A stretch of 31,869 nt of DNA from a virus (taxonomy: Duplodnaviria; Caudoviricetes): IMG/VR virus record IMGVR_UViG_3300040971_000087, positions 1-31,869 of that record, one strand, 5' to 3'. The notes under the pieces are model-generated. The model was not told where the DNA came from. It made no database searches and saw only the letters and a list, made by a program, of their open reading frames with translations. The translations under genes and the position numbers were made by a program. Each line of letters starts with the position of its first letter. Position 1 is the first letter of the stretch. Shown here piece by piece: positions 9,008 to 17,624 of this stretch.

Positions 9008-10034
9008 TCTCTTCCTCCTCCTCTTGTTTGTACAATATTTTTATCATAGAACTAGTGTCATGACCCATTAAGTCAGCCATGCATAAGTCCCTATAATCAC
9101 ATCTCGGTCTATCACAGGTCCAGTTGAGATTAGCTACCACATGTAGTGGAGATAAGGTCTGAATCTGAGTTCCTGTATTGACCATGTTCTGAAGAATGTT
9201 TCTTACCATAACTTTTGATTTAGCCATGTAATGTCTGATGAAGAATGTTGAGTCCTTAAGCTTTTCTTTCATATCGAGATAATCTTCAGGGTCATTACCG
9301 TGTGCTTTAACTGTAGCTGCATAAGTGTACCAATCACAGTCAATCTTACGTCTGGAGGTTTCACCTTTTTGGAGTTTCTCAGGAATAGTAGGAGGTTTTG
9401 TTTTGATGTAGTCAAAAATGATTCCTGCTATATCTTCCTTATTGTATCCCAGATAAGGAGCCAGTTGCTCTCCAACCCAAGTATACATGGCAGTCTGAGT
9501 GTCTGTCATTCTGAAAGTCTCAGACGGTGGAGCACTCTTCATGGTTTTATGTTCCCATATCCAGACCTTACCTGATTGGTCTCGAGTAATTTTGTCAATC
9601 TTTCCTGTCAATACAATTTTGGTTCCTGGGAGTCTAATCATAAAGTCTTGCTCAACTTGAATCACTTCGTGTAAAGCATCGATCTCTTTGTAAGTTTGAA
9701 AGTATGCTCTCATCATGCGGAATACTTCCATAGGTAGGTCTCCTAGTAAGGCTTTCTCTTCATCAAAAAGTTTATTATACTCAGTGTCTCTGAGAGTCTT
9801 AATAGTGTCAACCCAATTCTTACCAGAGTCATAGTCCTCAAGTACTTTATGAACCCAAGAGCCTTTTCTTAAGGGGACAGCTGTTCTTTTAGGTCTTAAC
9901 TTATCCTCATACTTGTACTTATACTTCATTTGACAAGTTGCCCAAGTTTTAGCTTTTGAGTTGGAGAGTTCTTGTAATCCTTCCTCTCCTTCAACTATCC
10001 CAATCTTAATTATCTTGCTCGATTGGTTTTTCAT
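8976..10034 (-). CDS. PD-(D/E)XK exonuclease (Cas4/AddB-like, Fe-S cysteines)
   Basis: LSNS...W..C..KY, GSWVH..LE, GKID, WEHKT, Q..MY, C-terminal C....CDYRDLC. Start moved to ATG 10034 (AAAGGAG RBS). Confidence 0.85.
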   Translation of the reverse strand: MKNQSSKIIKIGIVEGEEGLQELSNSKAKTWATCQMKYKYKYEDKLRPKRTAVPLRKGSWVHKVLEDYDSGKNWVDTIKTLRDTEYNKLFDEEKALLGDLPMEVFRMMRAYFQTYKEIDALHEVIQVEQDFMIRLPGTKIVLTGKIDKITRDQSGKVWIWEHKTMKSAPPSETFRMTDTQTAMYTWVGEQLAPYLGYNKEDIAGIIFDYIKTKPPTIPEKLQKGETSRRKIDCDWYTYAATVKAHGNDPEDYLDMKEKLKDSTFFIRHYMAKSKVMVRNILQNMVNTGTQIQTLSPLHVVANLNWTCDRPRCDYRDLCMADLMGHDTSSMIKILYKQEEEEENESREEESID

Positions 10035-10064
10035 GATTTCTCCTTTCATATATGTTATATATTA

Positions 10065-10093
10065 ATTATATCATACTTCTGATGAAATGTAAA
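10065..10093 (-). promoter_or_regulatory. sigmaA promoter for the recombination genes
   Basis: TTTACA-17-TATAAT with TG extended -10. Confidence 0.8.
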
Positions 10094-10106
10094 CTAAAAG
10101 ATTTAA

Positions 10107-10397
10107 TTAATTAGTTGAAACTTTCCAATCAAGGTTGAAATAGTTCTCCCTCCACTCATTTATGAGTCTCTCGTAGAACTCTTCTGTGGGATTGTCCCAG
10201 ACATAAAGCAAATTATCTCTAATATCCAGCAAGTGGATCTTAGCCAATCGTTTTCCCAGTAACCTACTTAATGTCTGATATGTGGTACTTGTAGTGACTC
10301 CATCATCCTCATCCTGAACTATCCAGACATATCGGATAACATTAGGAGCTTTGTTGATCTCACTTGCGTTAGCTCTGAATTTCACTGCTTTTGACAT
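10107..10397 (-). CDS. Hypothetical protein
   Basis: 96-aa ORF with AGGAGGTG RBS, in operon. Confidence 0.7.
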   Translation of the reverse strand: MSKAVKFRANASEINKAPNVIRYVWIVQDEDDGVTTSTTYQTLSRLLGKRLAKIHLLDIRDNLLYVWDNPTEEFYERLINEWRENYFNLDWKVSTN

Positions 10398-10408
10398 AAT
10401 ATCACCTC

Positions 10409-12910
10409 CTATCTAGGTGTAAACGGGAACTCTTCTCCAGGTAGCCAGTCTTTGGCTGAACCCCAATGAGTTCCTATCTTGCAATCCCCAGTGATTGGGA
10501 TCGTCGGAGTATATCCAAACCACTTAAGAAGTCTGGAAGGGTCATCAAATACTTCCTTTAATTTGTGAGGCCAGTAGTCCAATTTATCATTTCTAATCAT
10601 GTAGTACTGAGCGTCATGTACTGAACCCACAGGTTTAATAGTTTCCAACTTAGGATCTTCAGGTAAAATGTGGTCTAATACCATTTCAATAAAGCCAGCT
10701 AATACATAGTCACTACCAAATCCTTGAACAGGTGAGTTAATTGCTTCACGTTCAGCAGCTGATCTCATACCATCATCACTTGAGTAAATATTAGGTAGGT
10801 GTCTTTCTCTTCCTATTGGTGAAACCACGTAGCCCATCATCTTAACTAACTTCTTCATCTTAAAATGCCAAGGACCTAAATCAGGATATAGTTCAAAGAA
10901 TCTCCTACGATAATCCTTAGCTTCTTTGTCAGTTAAGCGTACTCCATATTTTTCCCAGGCATATTGCTTGAATTTCTTCCAGCCCATGCCATATACAAAT
11001 CCAAAATTGACTGCCTTAGCTTTCTTTCTCTCATCATATGTGACATCTTCAGGTAGCTTCCCAGTTATTGCTGCAGCAGTCGCAGTATGAATGTCTCCTC
11101 CCATTGCAAATATTGAGAGCATCTTTCTCTCGTTTGCCACAATAGCAACAACCCTTAGCTCAATCTGAGAACCGTCAATTTCAAAGAACGACCATCCTGG
11201 AGGAGCACCTATCAATCCTCGGATAAAATCATCACGAGGTACCTGATGAGCTCCATCCTCACCTGAGAGTCTGCCTGTAACTGTCCCATGTAACTTAAAG
11301 GTAGGGTGTATCATATTGTTATCATCTACTTTGTGGGACCAAGGTTCAAGGTAGGTAGATCTGTATTTAGCCCACTTCCTATATTCCATGATACCATCCA
11401 TCATTGGGTGGTCAAACTCAGCATGAAGTTCCAGTAACACAGCCTCAGCAGTACTTGGTTTTCCTGAGTCAGTCAATTGTATAATAGGGAAACCCAACCC
11501 ATCATCCTGAAATAGTAACTTACCAAGTTGTTGAGGACTATTCCAATTGAACCCAGTTTTAAGTTGCTTTTTGTTGAGGTTGTTCTCAGCCCATCCTTTA
11601 GGTATTAAGCTATTAAGAAGCTTCAATGACTTCTCAATCTCCTCATCACATTGTATCTTAGCCTGGGCTATTTTGTCTGGGTCAATCCACATACCTTCTT
11701 CTTCAATCAGGGTAAATACTTTACTACCTTTCTCAAGTAAATGCTTATAAATCCTAGCTAATCTTGGTTTTTGAAGTAGCATGTCTTTGTATACAGGATA
11801 GTTATGCCAAGAATATAATGCGTCCAAAGCATTGTACTTCATCATCCTCCCTAAATCCATCCTGTGGAATTGTTTTACTACCTCAATAATGTCGTCATAT
11901 ACAGGGTCATACTTCTTAGGCCAATGAATATCCTTATCGTAATCAGGAGCATCAAAATTTACTGCAGCCTGATACTTTAGCCCATGTGGTATGTTCTCAT
12001 CTAAAATATAAGACATTAACATATTATCTGGCCCAAAGTTTACATTGGTATTATATTTCTTTCTCATCCATTTAACATCATACTTCCAGTTATTACCAAC
12101 CCACTTAATGGATTCAAAGAATGGTTTAATTAGGTTAACTATTGTTTGGGTCTGGTTTCTCCACGGAGACTGAGGATGAACCATAGGAATTGTCCACAGG
12201 TTGTATCCATCGACTGTCAAAGCCATTGTCATGACCGAGGTCTCAGGTCTCCAGTAATCAAAGGTAGTAGTCTCTAAATCTAATGCACCGTATATATTTT
12301 TATCATTTTTAACAGCGTCTTTAAGGTGTCTAATCATTCCTGTAAGGACTTCTTTCGTTGTCACGTAATGTATAACATATTGCAATTGATGAGATTTTCT
12401 TCCAGCCATGAAATTAGCTACCTTTTGCATGTCTGTATTGAACTCATGAGTGTATTTAGGGATTCGTAGTACTGACCCTGGACTGTAGGTAGCTATGACT
12501 GGGATTCCACCTTTACTTACTAACTCTTTTCCTCGGTAACTACTTATACCTGATCTACCTGTAACTGAGTTTAGTGCAATATTACCAAAGGTGAAGATCA
12601 GATCAGGTTTAACTGTCCTGATCTCCTCCTCTAAATATGGAGCACAATTCTTGATATGGTCTTTAGTTAGTTTCTCAGTTACCCTACATTTCACAGCAAA
12701 AGTGATGTAGTAATCTTTTATCCCATACTGTGCTAATGTGTTCTTTAGAAAAGACCCGCTGTTGTCACCTGCTATAACTCCCTCGAAGTCGTCAGTCAAT
12801 GATGGCATCTCAAGTACAATCATCAACCTGGCTTTTTTATACTCAGGAGTCAGTTGTATACTTTGGGGTTGTTCTACTAAATTACAGAGGTTGCAACTGT
12901 CTAACATCAA
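10409..12910 (-). CDS. polA: Family A DNA polymerase with N-terminal family-4 UDG-like domain and 3'-5' exonuclease
   Basis: UDG-like: CxxC, AVKCR, CAPYLEEEI..VKP..I..FG..A. Exo: DLET, KYD, YNALD. Pol: TVTGRLS, motif A DGSQIELR, motif B RKKAKAVNFGFVYG, motif C VHDA. Confidence 0.95.
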   Translation of the reverse strand: MMLDSCNLCNLVEQPQSIQLTPEYKKARLMIVLEMPSLTDDFEGVIAGDNSGSFLKNTLAQYGIKDYYITFAVKCRVTEKLTKDHIKNCAPYLEEEIRTVKPDLIFTFGNIALNSVTGRSGISSYRGKELVSKGGIPVIATYSPGSVLRIPKYTHEFNTDMQKVANFMAGRKSHQLQYVIHYVTTKEVLTGMIRHLKDAVKNDKNIYGALDLETTTFDYWRPETSVMTMALTVDGYNLWTIPMVHPQSPWRNQTQTIVNLIKPFFESIKWVGNNWKYDVKWMRKKYNTNVNFGPDNMLMSYILDENIPHGLKYQAAVNFDAPDYDKDIHWPKKYDPVYDDIIEVVKQFHRMDLGRMMKYNALDALYSWHNYPVYKDMLLQKPRLARIYKHLLEKGSKVFTLIEEEGMWIDPDKIAQAKIQCDEEIEKSLKLLNSLIPKGWAENNLNKKQLKTGFNWNSPQQLGKLLFQDDGLGFPIIQLTDSGKPSTAEAVLLELHAEFDHPMMDGIMEYRKWAKYRSTYLEPWSHKVDDNNMIHPTFKLHGTVTGRLSGEDGAHQVPRDDFIRGLIGAPPGWSFFEIDGSQIELRVVAIVANERKMLSIFAMGGDIHTATAAAITGKLPEDVTYDERKKAKAVNFGFVYGMGWKKFKQYAWEKYGVRLTDKEAKDYRRRFFELYPDLGPWHFKMKKLVKMMGYVVSPIGRERHLPNIYSSDDGMRSAAEREAINSPVQGFGSDYVLAGFIEMVLDHILPEDPKLETIKPVGSVHDAQYYMIRNDKLDYWPHKLKEVFDDPSRLLKWFGYTPTIPITGDCKIGTHWGSAKDWLPGEEFPFTPR

Positions 12911-13319
12911 TACCAGCTCCTATCAGTTTGTCTACTCTTGCTTTCACGTCATTCCCATAGACCTTGCCATAATAAAGTATTTTTGGTCTATGAATCGAGC
13001 CACAGATATATCGGATACAGTTATCACAAGGTAGGTGAGTAACATACATTATAGTGTCAGGATATCTGTAGTGCGAGATTTTAGATAGAAACTCTAGTGC
13101 ATTGATCTCAGCGTGTATAGTTCTTACACAATGACCATCCACCATAGAGTGACCAATATCATCACAATGAGGCATCCCATGTGGTGAGCCATTGTATCCT
13201 GCAGAAATTAATCTTCCACCTACAGTTATAATAGCTCCTACCTGAGCTCTGTCACAAGTGGATCTCTTTGCATAAAGTTTTGCTAACTCCATGTAGAAGT
13301 GATCTCTATCCATTCTCAT
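12882..13319 (-). CDS. dCMP deaminase
   Basis: RSTC.RAQVGA, GYNG, HAE, PCxxC zinc motifs. Confidence 0.93.
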   Translation of the reverse strand: MRMDRDHFYMELAKLYAKRSTCDRAQVGAIITVGGRLISAGYNGSPHGMPHCDDIGHSMVDGHCVRTIHAEINALEFLSKISHYRYPDTIMYVTHLPCDNCIRYICGSIHRPKILYYGKVYGNDVKARVDKLIGAGIDVRQLQPL

Positions 13320-14274
13320 GCTCTAACTCCTCTCTTATTCTTACAAATCGAGGGTGTCTTAGATTTCCATCAGATGTCCTCTCCATGAACTCCACTTCCA
13401 TGACTCTTCCAATATACTCCTCTTTTATTCCGTGGTTACCGTCACTTAACATCTCCCTGAGCTCATCAGTAATGCCTGAGCAGGAACCGACATTATCACC
13501 ATCCCTAAACTCAATTGAACCGAACCATCCTTTAACCCAAGGTTTAGTGTGCCTGGATATGTCTATGGTTCTAGTTACTGGGTCAGTATAGTGCTTATCA
13601 GGTAAGATTGAGCCAGTAATGATAACATCTACAGTATCTTTTTTCTTATACTTATACCAAGTGTGAGCAGGTTTAGCTGCTCTTTTGTGAGTACCAAACT
13701 GATAGAGAGATGCTTTATTTTTGAATACCATTCCCTCCATTCCTTTGGCTAACAGAGCATATAATAATGCTTCTTTTCTTGGTCCTGTCTCCACGTGAGG
13801 AACATACTCAACAGGGATGAATGGAAGATGATCTACTAATTTTCTGAGCATATCATCTCTCCTTATATTAGTCAGGTTGTATATTGCCTCATGTCGATAG
13901 AACAGAAAATCAAAAACTCTAAATACAATTGTATCAGGAACTGGAACCATCGAGCGATAGTTCAATATTCCAGCTACCTCAGCAGAAGTCATACTAGGTT
14001 CATATAACTCTCCATCTAAGACAGTTCCAGCCAAAGATCTAATTTTGTATTTAGTAAAGTGGGGGAGCCTATGGGAGATGTCAATTGGAATAGTTGGGTC
14101 AGCTTTGGTAGATCCTCTAGTAGTTATAACCATCTCACCGTCCTCGAGAAACTGTAATATTCCCCTAACCCCATCAATCTTCTCCTGACCAAAGTAAGAG
14201 TCATCTTCGATTAGTTTCTCTAGGGCTTCTTCACTTTCAACCTTTTTACAGCCCATAGGCCAAATGATTCTCAT
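13306..14274 (-). CDS. ATP-dependent DNA ligase
   Basis: EKIDGVR (motif I), LDGE, VFD, EGMVFK, KYK, LRHPRF. Confidence 0.93.
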   Translation of the reverse strand: MRIIWPMGCKKVESEEALEKLIEDDSYFGQEKIDGVRGILQFLEDGEMVITTRGSTKADPTIPIDISHRLPHFTKYKIRSLAGTVLDGELYEPSMTSAEVAGILNYRSMVPVPDTIVFRVFDFLFYRHEAIYNLTNIRRDDMLRKLVDHLPFIPVEYVPHVETGPRKEALLYALLAKGMEGMVFKNKASLYQFGTHKRAAKPAHTWYKYKKKDTVDVIITGSILPDKHYTDPVTRTIDISRHTKPWVKGWFGSIEFRDGDNVGSCSGITDELREMLSDGNHGIKEEYIGRVMEVEFMERTSDGNLRHPRFVRIREELEHENG

Positions 14275-14954
14275 TAAAATACTCCTTCCACATCCTTCTG
14301 ATAAATATGAAGACTGTTGATAGAATGGGTAAAATACCCAGGTTTATAGCCAGTCACATTAGCTATATATTGCATTAACTTCACACCCAAGTAAACATCA
14401 TTTTGGAAGTGTGTTACAAAGTCGCAAGATCTCATCATATAGGTAACATTAAGTTGTCCACCTCTAAGTTGAAACAGATAACCCAGTGAGCAAGGTACTC
14501 TGTATCGAGAACCCATTCTCTCATTATCAATATTAGGATCCCAGATTGAGAGATACAGTTGACGACTGTCAGGATACTGATGAAGCTCAGTGATTATCCT
14601 GTGGAGTTGACTTCCTATTCTTTCTGAGTAAGTGTATGCAAATTTCCCATCATGGAGAAACTCTAACCATACATCAGCTCTGGAGTGATAAGCCTCACCT
14701 GGATTAGTTCCAAACCCTTGAATCCTCTCAGAGAACTCAATGTCAGCCCAAGGTTGTGTAGGATTTAATTGATGTAATGAACCCACAGGATCTGTGACAG
14801 TGTAGGAATAGTTTTGTAACTCCAGTGTGGCATACTCAGGGTCATCTCCAATGTACTTATCTTGCATTGACTGAGTATGAACACTAACTCCCATCTCAGC
14901 TAGATCTCTTTTGATCTCATTAAGGGCTTCATCAAAATTAGTAAAAATTCTCAT
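14274..14954 (-). CDS. Thymidylate-synthase-fold enzyme with dCMP-type signature (putative dCMP hydroxymethylase/methylase)
   Basis: YTYSER, DSRQ..LSIWDP, catalytic PC, MRSCDFVTHFQND (Asp at the position of E. coli ThyA N177 / T4 gp42 D179), SLHIY. Confidence 0.85.
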   Translation of the reverse strand: MRIFTNFDEALNEIKRDLAEMGVSVHTQSMQDKYIGDDPEYATLELQNYSYTVTDPVGSLHQLNPTQPWADIEFSERIQGFGTNPGEAYHSRADVWLEFLHDGKFAYTYSERIGSQLHRIITELHQYPDSRQLYLSIWDPNIDNERMGSRYRVPCSLGYLFQLRGGQLNVTYMMRSCDFVTHFQNDVYLGVKLMQYIANVTGYKPGYFTHSINSLHIYQKDVEGVF

Positions 14955-15169
14955 TTAGCTGTCCCCTTTCTTATAAAGTGATAAATAATATCCACTTCTT
15001 CAGTGACCAGGTTACCACCTCTGATAACTCTCTTCGGTGAAGTAGTTATTTGCCAAGGAGTGTAACCCAGCTCGATAAACTTATTAACATCCTCTGCCGA
15101 CAAATTGTAGCCTCTGGTGTAGATAGGTAGTGGTTGCTCTTCAGGTGTATCAATCTTCTTTTCACTCAT
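14951..15169 (-). CDS. Small hypothetical protein inside the nucleotide-modification cluster
   Basis: ATG 15169 with GGAG RBS; overlaps both neighbours. Confidence 0.65.
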   Translation of the reverse strand: MSEKKIDTPEEQPLPIYTRGYNLSAEDVNKFIELGYTPWQITTSPKRVIRGGNLVTEEVDIIYHFIRKGTAK

Positions 15170-16040
15170 CTCCGTCTCCTCCAAACATTTCTAACTCATC
15201 ACAAGATAACTTATCCATGATGTGGTTGATATCGTACCCAGGTAAAGTAAGTGACTCTGTGGGTACGTAGTGTCCTTCCCTTTCTCCAATCAATACCTCA
15301 TAAGCTTTCATAACTCTTTCCTGAGTTCTAAAATTGGAGTAGTTCTTGTCAACAAATACCTTCTTATACCTCTTAATAGTTGCAACTTGCCAGTGAGGTA
15401 GTCCTACAGTTTCAGCTTCAATAAGTTCTCCCTCTTCATTAAAGAAGTCTTTGAGCCATTGCTCATTACCTTCAAAAGCTAAGAAGAATGGTGTTCCTGT
15501 AATAGACTGATATGAACTTGTCATATTCCACCTTAAGGTCATATAGTCAGGATTGAAGCCAACCTTGTCACCTATCTCTCTCAGCAATACATAGATAAAG
15601 ATTAAGTCAGCAAACCATCTTGTGGTTACTTCACTTGCTCTGGTATTGACTACTGCATGCCATTGTCCTTGATGAAAGCCAACTGATAGATTTAGTAAAC
15701 AGGCTCCAGAAGCATTATCTCGAGCATTAAATTGCATTGCAATATCAGGAACATACTTATTCTTGTGCTTTTTCTGACTATTGTAATGATTGAGTCTTTG
15801 AACCATCTTACCTAGTTCCACAGGATTGAGATACAATCTGATAAGCATTCTCCACTTGGCAGGAGCATAATTCATATCATGTAAATGAAGGTCACAAGCA
15901 GCTGACTCCATGAATATTGAGTCTTGAAATGAGTGAGCTGTTACTCCTCCTCTTATATACTGAAATGCATTATTCCAAAACAGGTAGTGATTGAACTTAA
16001 TATAGGCATCCCTCATGTCTTTCGCTTTTAAATTAAACAT
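15162..16040 (-). CDS. Divergent second thymidylate-synthase-fold protein
   Basis: N-terminus resembles TS/hydroxymethylase starts. GACLLNLSV...VVNTRASEVTTRWFAD parallels PC...YMMRSCD.......D in order and spacing. Confidence 0.55.
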   Translation of the reverse strand: MFNLKAKDMRDAYIKFNHYLFWNNAFQYIRGGVTAHSFQDSIFMESAACDLHLHDMNYAPAKWRMLIRLYLNPVELGKMVQRLNHYNSQKKHKNKYVPDIAMQFNARDNASGACLLNLSVGFHQGQWHAVVNTRASEVTTRWFADLIFIYVLLREIGDKVGFNPDYMTLRWNMTSSYQSITGTPFFLAFEGNEQWLKDFFNEEGELIEAETVGLPHWQVATIKRYKKVFVDKNYSNFRTQERVMKAYEVLIGEREGHYVPTESLTLPGYDINHIMDKLSCDELEMFGGDGDE

Positions 16041-16041
16041 A

Positions 16042-16662
16042 TTAGTACCCCGATCTTTGTCTGAATTGATTGACCTGATTCTTCCTCATATACATGTGGA
16101 ATAGTGACTCTGCTGTGAACCCTCCAGCCTTACATAAGTCAATGAAAGACTGAAACTCGATTTCGGTAAGTTTCTGAAACTTATTAATGTCAGTAAGCAT
16201 GTGAGTTGTCTTCCAAGGCTTATTCTTAAGTGTATTACATGCTAATCCAGCAGCAACTAAATAATCAGTAACTGCCGATTTGATAGACTCAGCAGGATTG
16301 CCCATTGAGTTGTCAAAATACCATTGCAATGGCTTGTTTGGGTTGTAACCTGCAATAAGCATTTTCTCAACTACAAAGTGAAATGCATCAGCTAGCTCCT
16401 CCTCAAAATGGAGAATATCCGTCTTAAGAATAGCTTCCATAGCCTCAGCAACTTCCTCCATAGCTCTCCATGTCATATCCTTAAGTCTTGCTTGAACGAA
16501 TCTGTCGTGGACATCACCTGGTATTCTATCTGACTGAAGTAGTCCATTCTGTTTCTCGATGTGTAGATACTTCTCAGCCAACTCATGCTGATACTGGAAG
16601 ATGTCCTCTAATGCATGTTTCTCATCATACGGTATCTTACTCTTAAAATCATTTACGTTCAT
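16042..16662 (-). CDS. All-alpha (MazG/dimeric dUTPase family) dNTP pyrophosphatase, possibly dCTPase/dUTPase
   Basis: EEVAEA..A, EELADAFHF, KPWK, C-terminal Y.RKN.VN.FRQ.SGY. Confidence 0.85.
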   Translation of the reverse strand: MNVNDFKSKIPYDEKHALEDIFQYQHELAEKYLHIEKQNGLLQSDRIPGDVHDRFVQARLKDMTWRAMEEVAEAMEAILKTDILHFEEELADAFHFVVEKMLIAGYNPNKPLQWYFDNSMGNPAESIKSAVTDYLVAAGLACNTLKNKPWKTTHMLTDINKFQKLTEIEFQSFIDLCKAGGFTAESLFHMYMRKNQVNQFRQRSGY

Positions 16663-17179
16663 TCTTCAATACCTCCTGGGCTTTTAGGTACATTTTAACC
16701 TCAAAGTCAATCTGCTCATAGTATGGGTCTTCTTCAATCGAGTATCCTACGGTTAACTCCCTAAATGGGAATCCTTGAATTAACCTAAAATACCTGATCT
16801 GTATTTCAGATACCTGAGAGATATCTAAATACTGTTTTCTTACATTATAGGTGGACTCAATGTCACCTGGCATTCTGTGACAAAGGATGATAAGTGGTTT
16901 CTGCTCAGCGATTAATCCATCTACAACCTTGATCTGATGTTTACTGATACCAATTTTACTTCTTACCACAGGACCATAAACAAGTTCGTCTAGGTAGAAT
17001 CTGTCGGCAATGAGTTCATAGTCTCGATCCAATACTCCTACTACCCATCGATACCAATCATCATAGTCTTTAGGCGGGAGTTCATGATACCTATCAATGA
17101 TAGGAATATGAAACTTGTTGCTTAGGTGGGTAGCTAGTGTAGTCTTACCACTATTGTCCACCCCAGTAATTATAATCAT
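16649..17179 (-). CDS. Deoxynucleoside monophosphate (thymidylate-kinase-like) kinase
   Basis: IIITGVDNSGKTT P-loop, IADRF...ELVYG. Confidence 0.85.
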   Translation of the reverse strand: MIIITGVDNSGKTTLATHLSNKFHIPIIDRYHELPPKDYDDWYRWVVGVLDRDYELIADRFYLDELVYGPVVRSKIGISKHQIKVVDGLIAEQKPLIILCHRMPGDIESTYNVRKQYLDISQVSEIQIRYFRLIQGFPFRELTVGYSIEEDPYYEQIDFEVKMYLKAQEVLKNERK

Positions 17180-17214
17180 TTTGGCCTCCTTACATTTTTT
17201 TATTGTATATATTT

Positions 17215-17244
17215 ATTATATCATAAAGTTGAATGACTTGTCAA
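17215..17244 (-). promoter_or_regulatory. sigmaA promoter heading the kinase-to-polymerase operon
   Basis: TTGACA-18-TATAAT with TG extension; AAGGAGG RBS downstream. Confidence 0.8.
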
Positions 17245-17459
17245 TAATGTTGGTCATAATATTCATAACCCCAATCATCGTCGTAGGTGTCTAAAGCTTT
17301 CATATACTCATCCATATGAAGGGAGATCCATTTACTCACGTACTTGAACTCCTCAGAGCCTTTATACTGAATACCCAGGACGTTTTCCATGTCCCATAGA
17401 AGTCTCCACATCTTCTCTGTGGGTTCTCCAACTCCTGTCATATTGAGATCTATCTTCAT
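17241..17459 (-). CDS. Small hypothetical protein, acidic/Tyr-rich C-terminus
   Basis: 72-aa ORF with GGAGG RBS, start overlapping the upstream stop. Confidence 0.65.
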   Translation of the reverse strand: MKIDLNMTGVGEPTEKMWRLLWDMENVLGIQYKGSEEFKYVSKWISLHMDEYMKALDTYDDDWGYEYYDQHY

Positions 17460-17623
17460 TACAACCTCCAGTCAGGGTCCTCAGATTCCTCTAGGCGTTT
17501 TTTCTGAGCTTCTCGGTCAAACAGTTCAATGAGACACTTGGTGATAATACTATCAAACGGGTCATCTGGTACTTCACCATTTAATACAGCTATTGCCTTT
17601 TGAAAATCTTTTGAAGTTAACAT
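17459..17623 (-). CDS. Small hypothetical protein (54 aa, MLTSKDFQKA...)
   Basis: ATG 17623 preceded by AAGGAGG. The track's longer start overlaps the helicase. Confidence 0.6.
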   Translation of the reverse strand: MLTSKDFQKAIAVLNGEVPDDPFDSIITKCLIELFDREAQKKRLEESEDPDWRL

Positions 17624-17624
17624 C

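Noticed and set aside
8976-10034. Cas4 as part of a CRISPR system
   Set aside because: It sits with a Sak4-like ATPase and SSB, the usual phage recombination module.
10409-12910. Intein or intron in polA
   Set aside because: All motifs are contiguous, and the N-terminal extension is explained by the UDG-like domain.
14274-14954. Ordinary thyA or SPO1-type dUMP hydroxymethylase
   Set aside because: The specificity position is Asp rather than Asn, and the protein ends shortly after SLHIY. No gene symbol assigned.
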